A stretch of 64,000 nucleotides of DNA from Nannocystis bainbridge (lineage in GTDB: Bacteria > Myxococcota_A > Polyangia > Nannocystales > Nannocystaceae): contig NZ_JAQNDL010000002.1 of the NCBI RefSeq assembly GCF_028368995.1, positions 992,001 to 1,056,000 of the forward strand, in the 5' to 3' direction. Of this stretch, positions 62,418 to 64,000 are shown in pieces. How positions within the stretch are numbered: the first letter of the stretch is position 1; each line of letters starts with the position of its first letter. Position numbers and translations under genes: made by a program. The notes beneath the pieces are model-generated. The model was not told where the DNA came from, made no database searches, and saw only the letters and a program-made list of their open reading frames with translations.

Positions 62418-63761
62418 TCAGCCGCCGCTGGCGCTGCGGCGCTCGCGGGCCTGCTCGATGAGCTGCTGGTAGGTGACGTCGCCGAGCACGCCGGCCTCGC
62501 CCTGATCGCAGCGCTCGAACAGCTCGGTGAGGCTGTCGTTGCGGGGCTGGTCGACGTCGGCGCGGAACAGGCGGAGGATGTCGAGCACGCGCAGCTGATC
62601 GAGCGGGCGCGCGGGCACGTAGCCGTTGTCGTCGCCGACCAGCCGCAGGACCACGCCGGCGGCCTCGAGGCGGGTGAGGACGTCGGACAGGCGGGTGGCC
62701 TCGACGCGGAACCGCGAGGCCAGGGCCTTCAGGACCAGCGGGGCGCCGCGGCGATCGTAGTGGTCGCAGATGGCGAGCACGATGCGGGCGGCCAGGCGCG
62801 CGGCGCTGACGCCCCCCTCGGGGTCGCGCCGCAAGCTGGGGTTGACGAAGCCGTCGCGGCGGACCACGGCGATGTGCTGGACGACGTAGGCGATCTCGGC
62901 GGCGAGCAGGACGATCAGCCACGAGAGGTAGGCCCACACGCAGAACACGGGGATCAGCGCGAGCGCGCCGTAGGTGCCCTCGTAGGTGCGGAAGGTGCCG
63001 AGGTAGAGGGCGAAGCCCCGCTTGCCGAACTCGAACAAGGTGGCGCCGACGACCCCGCCGACGACGGCGGCGCGCCAGCTGACGGCGGTGGCGGGCAGGA
63101 ACCGCAGCAGGACGACGAAGGCGATGTCGGTGCTGAGGTACGGGATGACGGAGAAGTTCTGGTCGGTGAAGCGGGCGACGATCGACTGGGTGATGCTGAA
63201 GAAGATCACCAGCGGGGCGAGCGTGGTGAGCGTGTAGAACATCGCGAACTTGGCCACGATCGAGCGCCGCAGCTTGGCGCGCCAGATCTGGTTCATCGCG
63301 TCCTCGAGGGTGATGAACAGCAGCATGGCGCCGCCGATCGAGCCGAGGAAGCCGATGACGCCGAGGTTCTCGACGGTGACCCGCGAGGCGAGGTCGTAGA
63401 TCTGGTTGCTGATGATCTCGGAGCGCCCGGGGTCGGGGATCAAGGCCCGCGCGACCCGGTGGATGAAGCTGCGCCCGCTGTCGGCGCCGAGCAGGCCGAG
63501 CAGGGTGAGGACGAGGCCGGCGAATGGGACCAGCGAGAGCAGGGTCTGCAGCGCTAGGCTCGAGGCGAGGGTGGTGCTGCGATCGACGAACAACCACCGC
63601 CGGACGGCGTAGACGGCGGCGAGCCAGACCTGGCGACCGGGGCTGGGATCGAAGGTGACGGTCCGCGGGAACAGGTACTCGCGCAGCCACGTCATCCGGT
63701 CGCGCCGCGCGGCGGGCACCGCTGCGGCGTGGACGTCGGGGTCGGGCTGCGGCTCGTCCAT
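62418..63761 (-). CDS. YihY/BrkB-family inner-membrane protein with a C-terminal Rrf2-like winged helix
   Basis: ASSLALQTLLSLVP, LEDAMNQIW, YEGTYGALALIPVF..WAYLSWLIVLLAAE; C-terminal VLTRLEAAGVV...GYVPARP. Confidence 0.9.
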   Translation of the reverse strand: MDEPQPDPDVHAAAVPAARRDRMTWLREYLFPRTVTFDPSPGRQVWLAAVYAVRRWLFVDRSTTLASSLALQTLLSLVPFAGLVLTLLGLLGADSGRSFIHRVARALIPDPGRSEIISNQIYDLASRVTVENLGVIGFLGSIGGAMLLFITLEDAMNQIWRAKLRRSIVAKFAMFYTLTTLAPLVIFFSITQSIVARFTDQNFSVIPYLSTDIAFVVLLRFLPATAVSWRAAVVGGVVGATLFEFGKRGFALYLGTFRTYEGTYGALALIPVFCVWAYLSWLIVLLAAEIAYVVQHIAVVRRDGFVNPSLRRDPEGGVSAARLAARIVLAICDHYDRRGAPLVLKALASRFRVEATRLSDVLTRLEAAGVVLRLVGDDNGYVPARPLDQLRVLDILRLFRADVDQPRNDSLTELFERCDQGEAGVLGDVTYQQLIEQARERRSASGG

Positions 63762-63817
63762 GGCTCCCGGGTCAGTGTGTCCGAGGACCGAGGCGCCCGG
63801 CTAGCGGGCATCGTCGT

Positions 63818-64000
63818 TCATCCGCCCTGGGCGGCCGGCAGGCGCGGCGGGGTGGCCCGCTTGGCGGCGCGGGCGACTTTCTCGCGCAGCGGCTCGGCGA
63901 GGGCCTCGATGTCGTCGCGCAGCGCGCCCAGCTCCTCCTCGAGCTTGCGCACGCGCTTCTCGGGCAGGCCCTCGAGGTCGGGCAGCAGCTCGGCGAGCTT
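63818..64000 (-). CDS. 3' end of a gene running in from beyond the window (coiled-coil-like)
   Basis: The minus frame reads KLAELLPDLEGLPEKRVRKLEEELGALRDDIEALAEPLREKVARAAKRATPPRLPAAQGG* with typical codon usage. Confidence 0.65.
   Translation of the reverse strand, partial: KLAELLPDLEGLPEKRVRKLEEELGALRDDIEALAEPLREKVARAAKRATPPRLPAAQGG

Overview
This is a very GC-rich (by eye >70%) bacterial chromosomal segment. The Cys-rich lipoproteins with Thr/Ser/Asp linkers, Oar-like TonB receptor, Ser/Thr kinase-ECF pair and orphan kinases point to a myxobacterium (probably Nannocystis-like; inference). It is mostly housekeeping and envelope genes: rsmE, copA, an AidB-like acyl-CoA dehydrogenase, tRNA-His, mpl, trpS, serS, dacB, ddl, infA, cysC, a type IIA topoisomerase pair (likely topo IV) and arfB. 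I saw no transposase, integrase, prophage or CRISPR array. The most striking signal is not a gene. A 14-bp palindrome, TGTCC-N4-GGACA, recurs across the whole window: at least 10 perfect copies and many degenerate ones, often tiled head-to-tail at an exact 14-bp pitch. The copies lie between genes, occur as in-frame insertions in proteins, and are overprinted on codons at the cost of codon bias. Other highlights are (i) a surface lipoprotein ending in an animal-type uromodulin/GP2 D8C-like domain, (ii) a stand-alone nuoJ/K/L/M/N-like operon that lacks most conserved proton-pumping residues, (iii) an operon of three paralogous unknown lipoproteins plus a FadL-type channel, and (iv) an Mpl-GNAT fusion. 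All protein identifications come from reading motifs by eye; no database searches were run.
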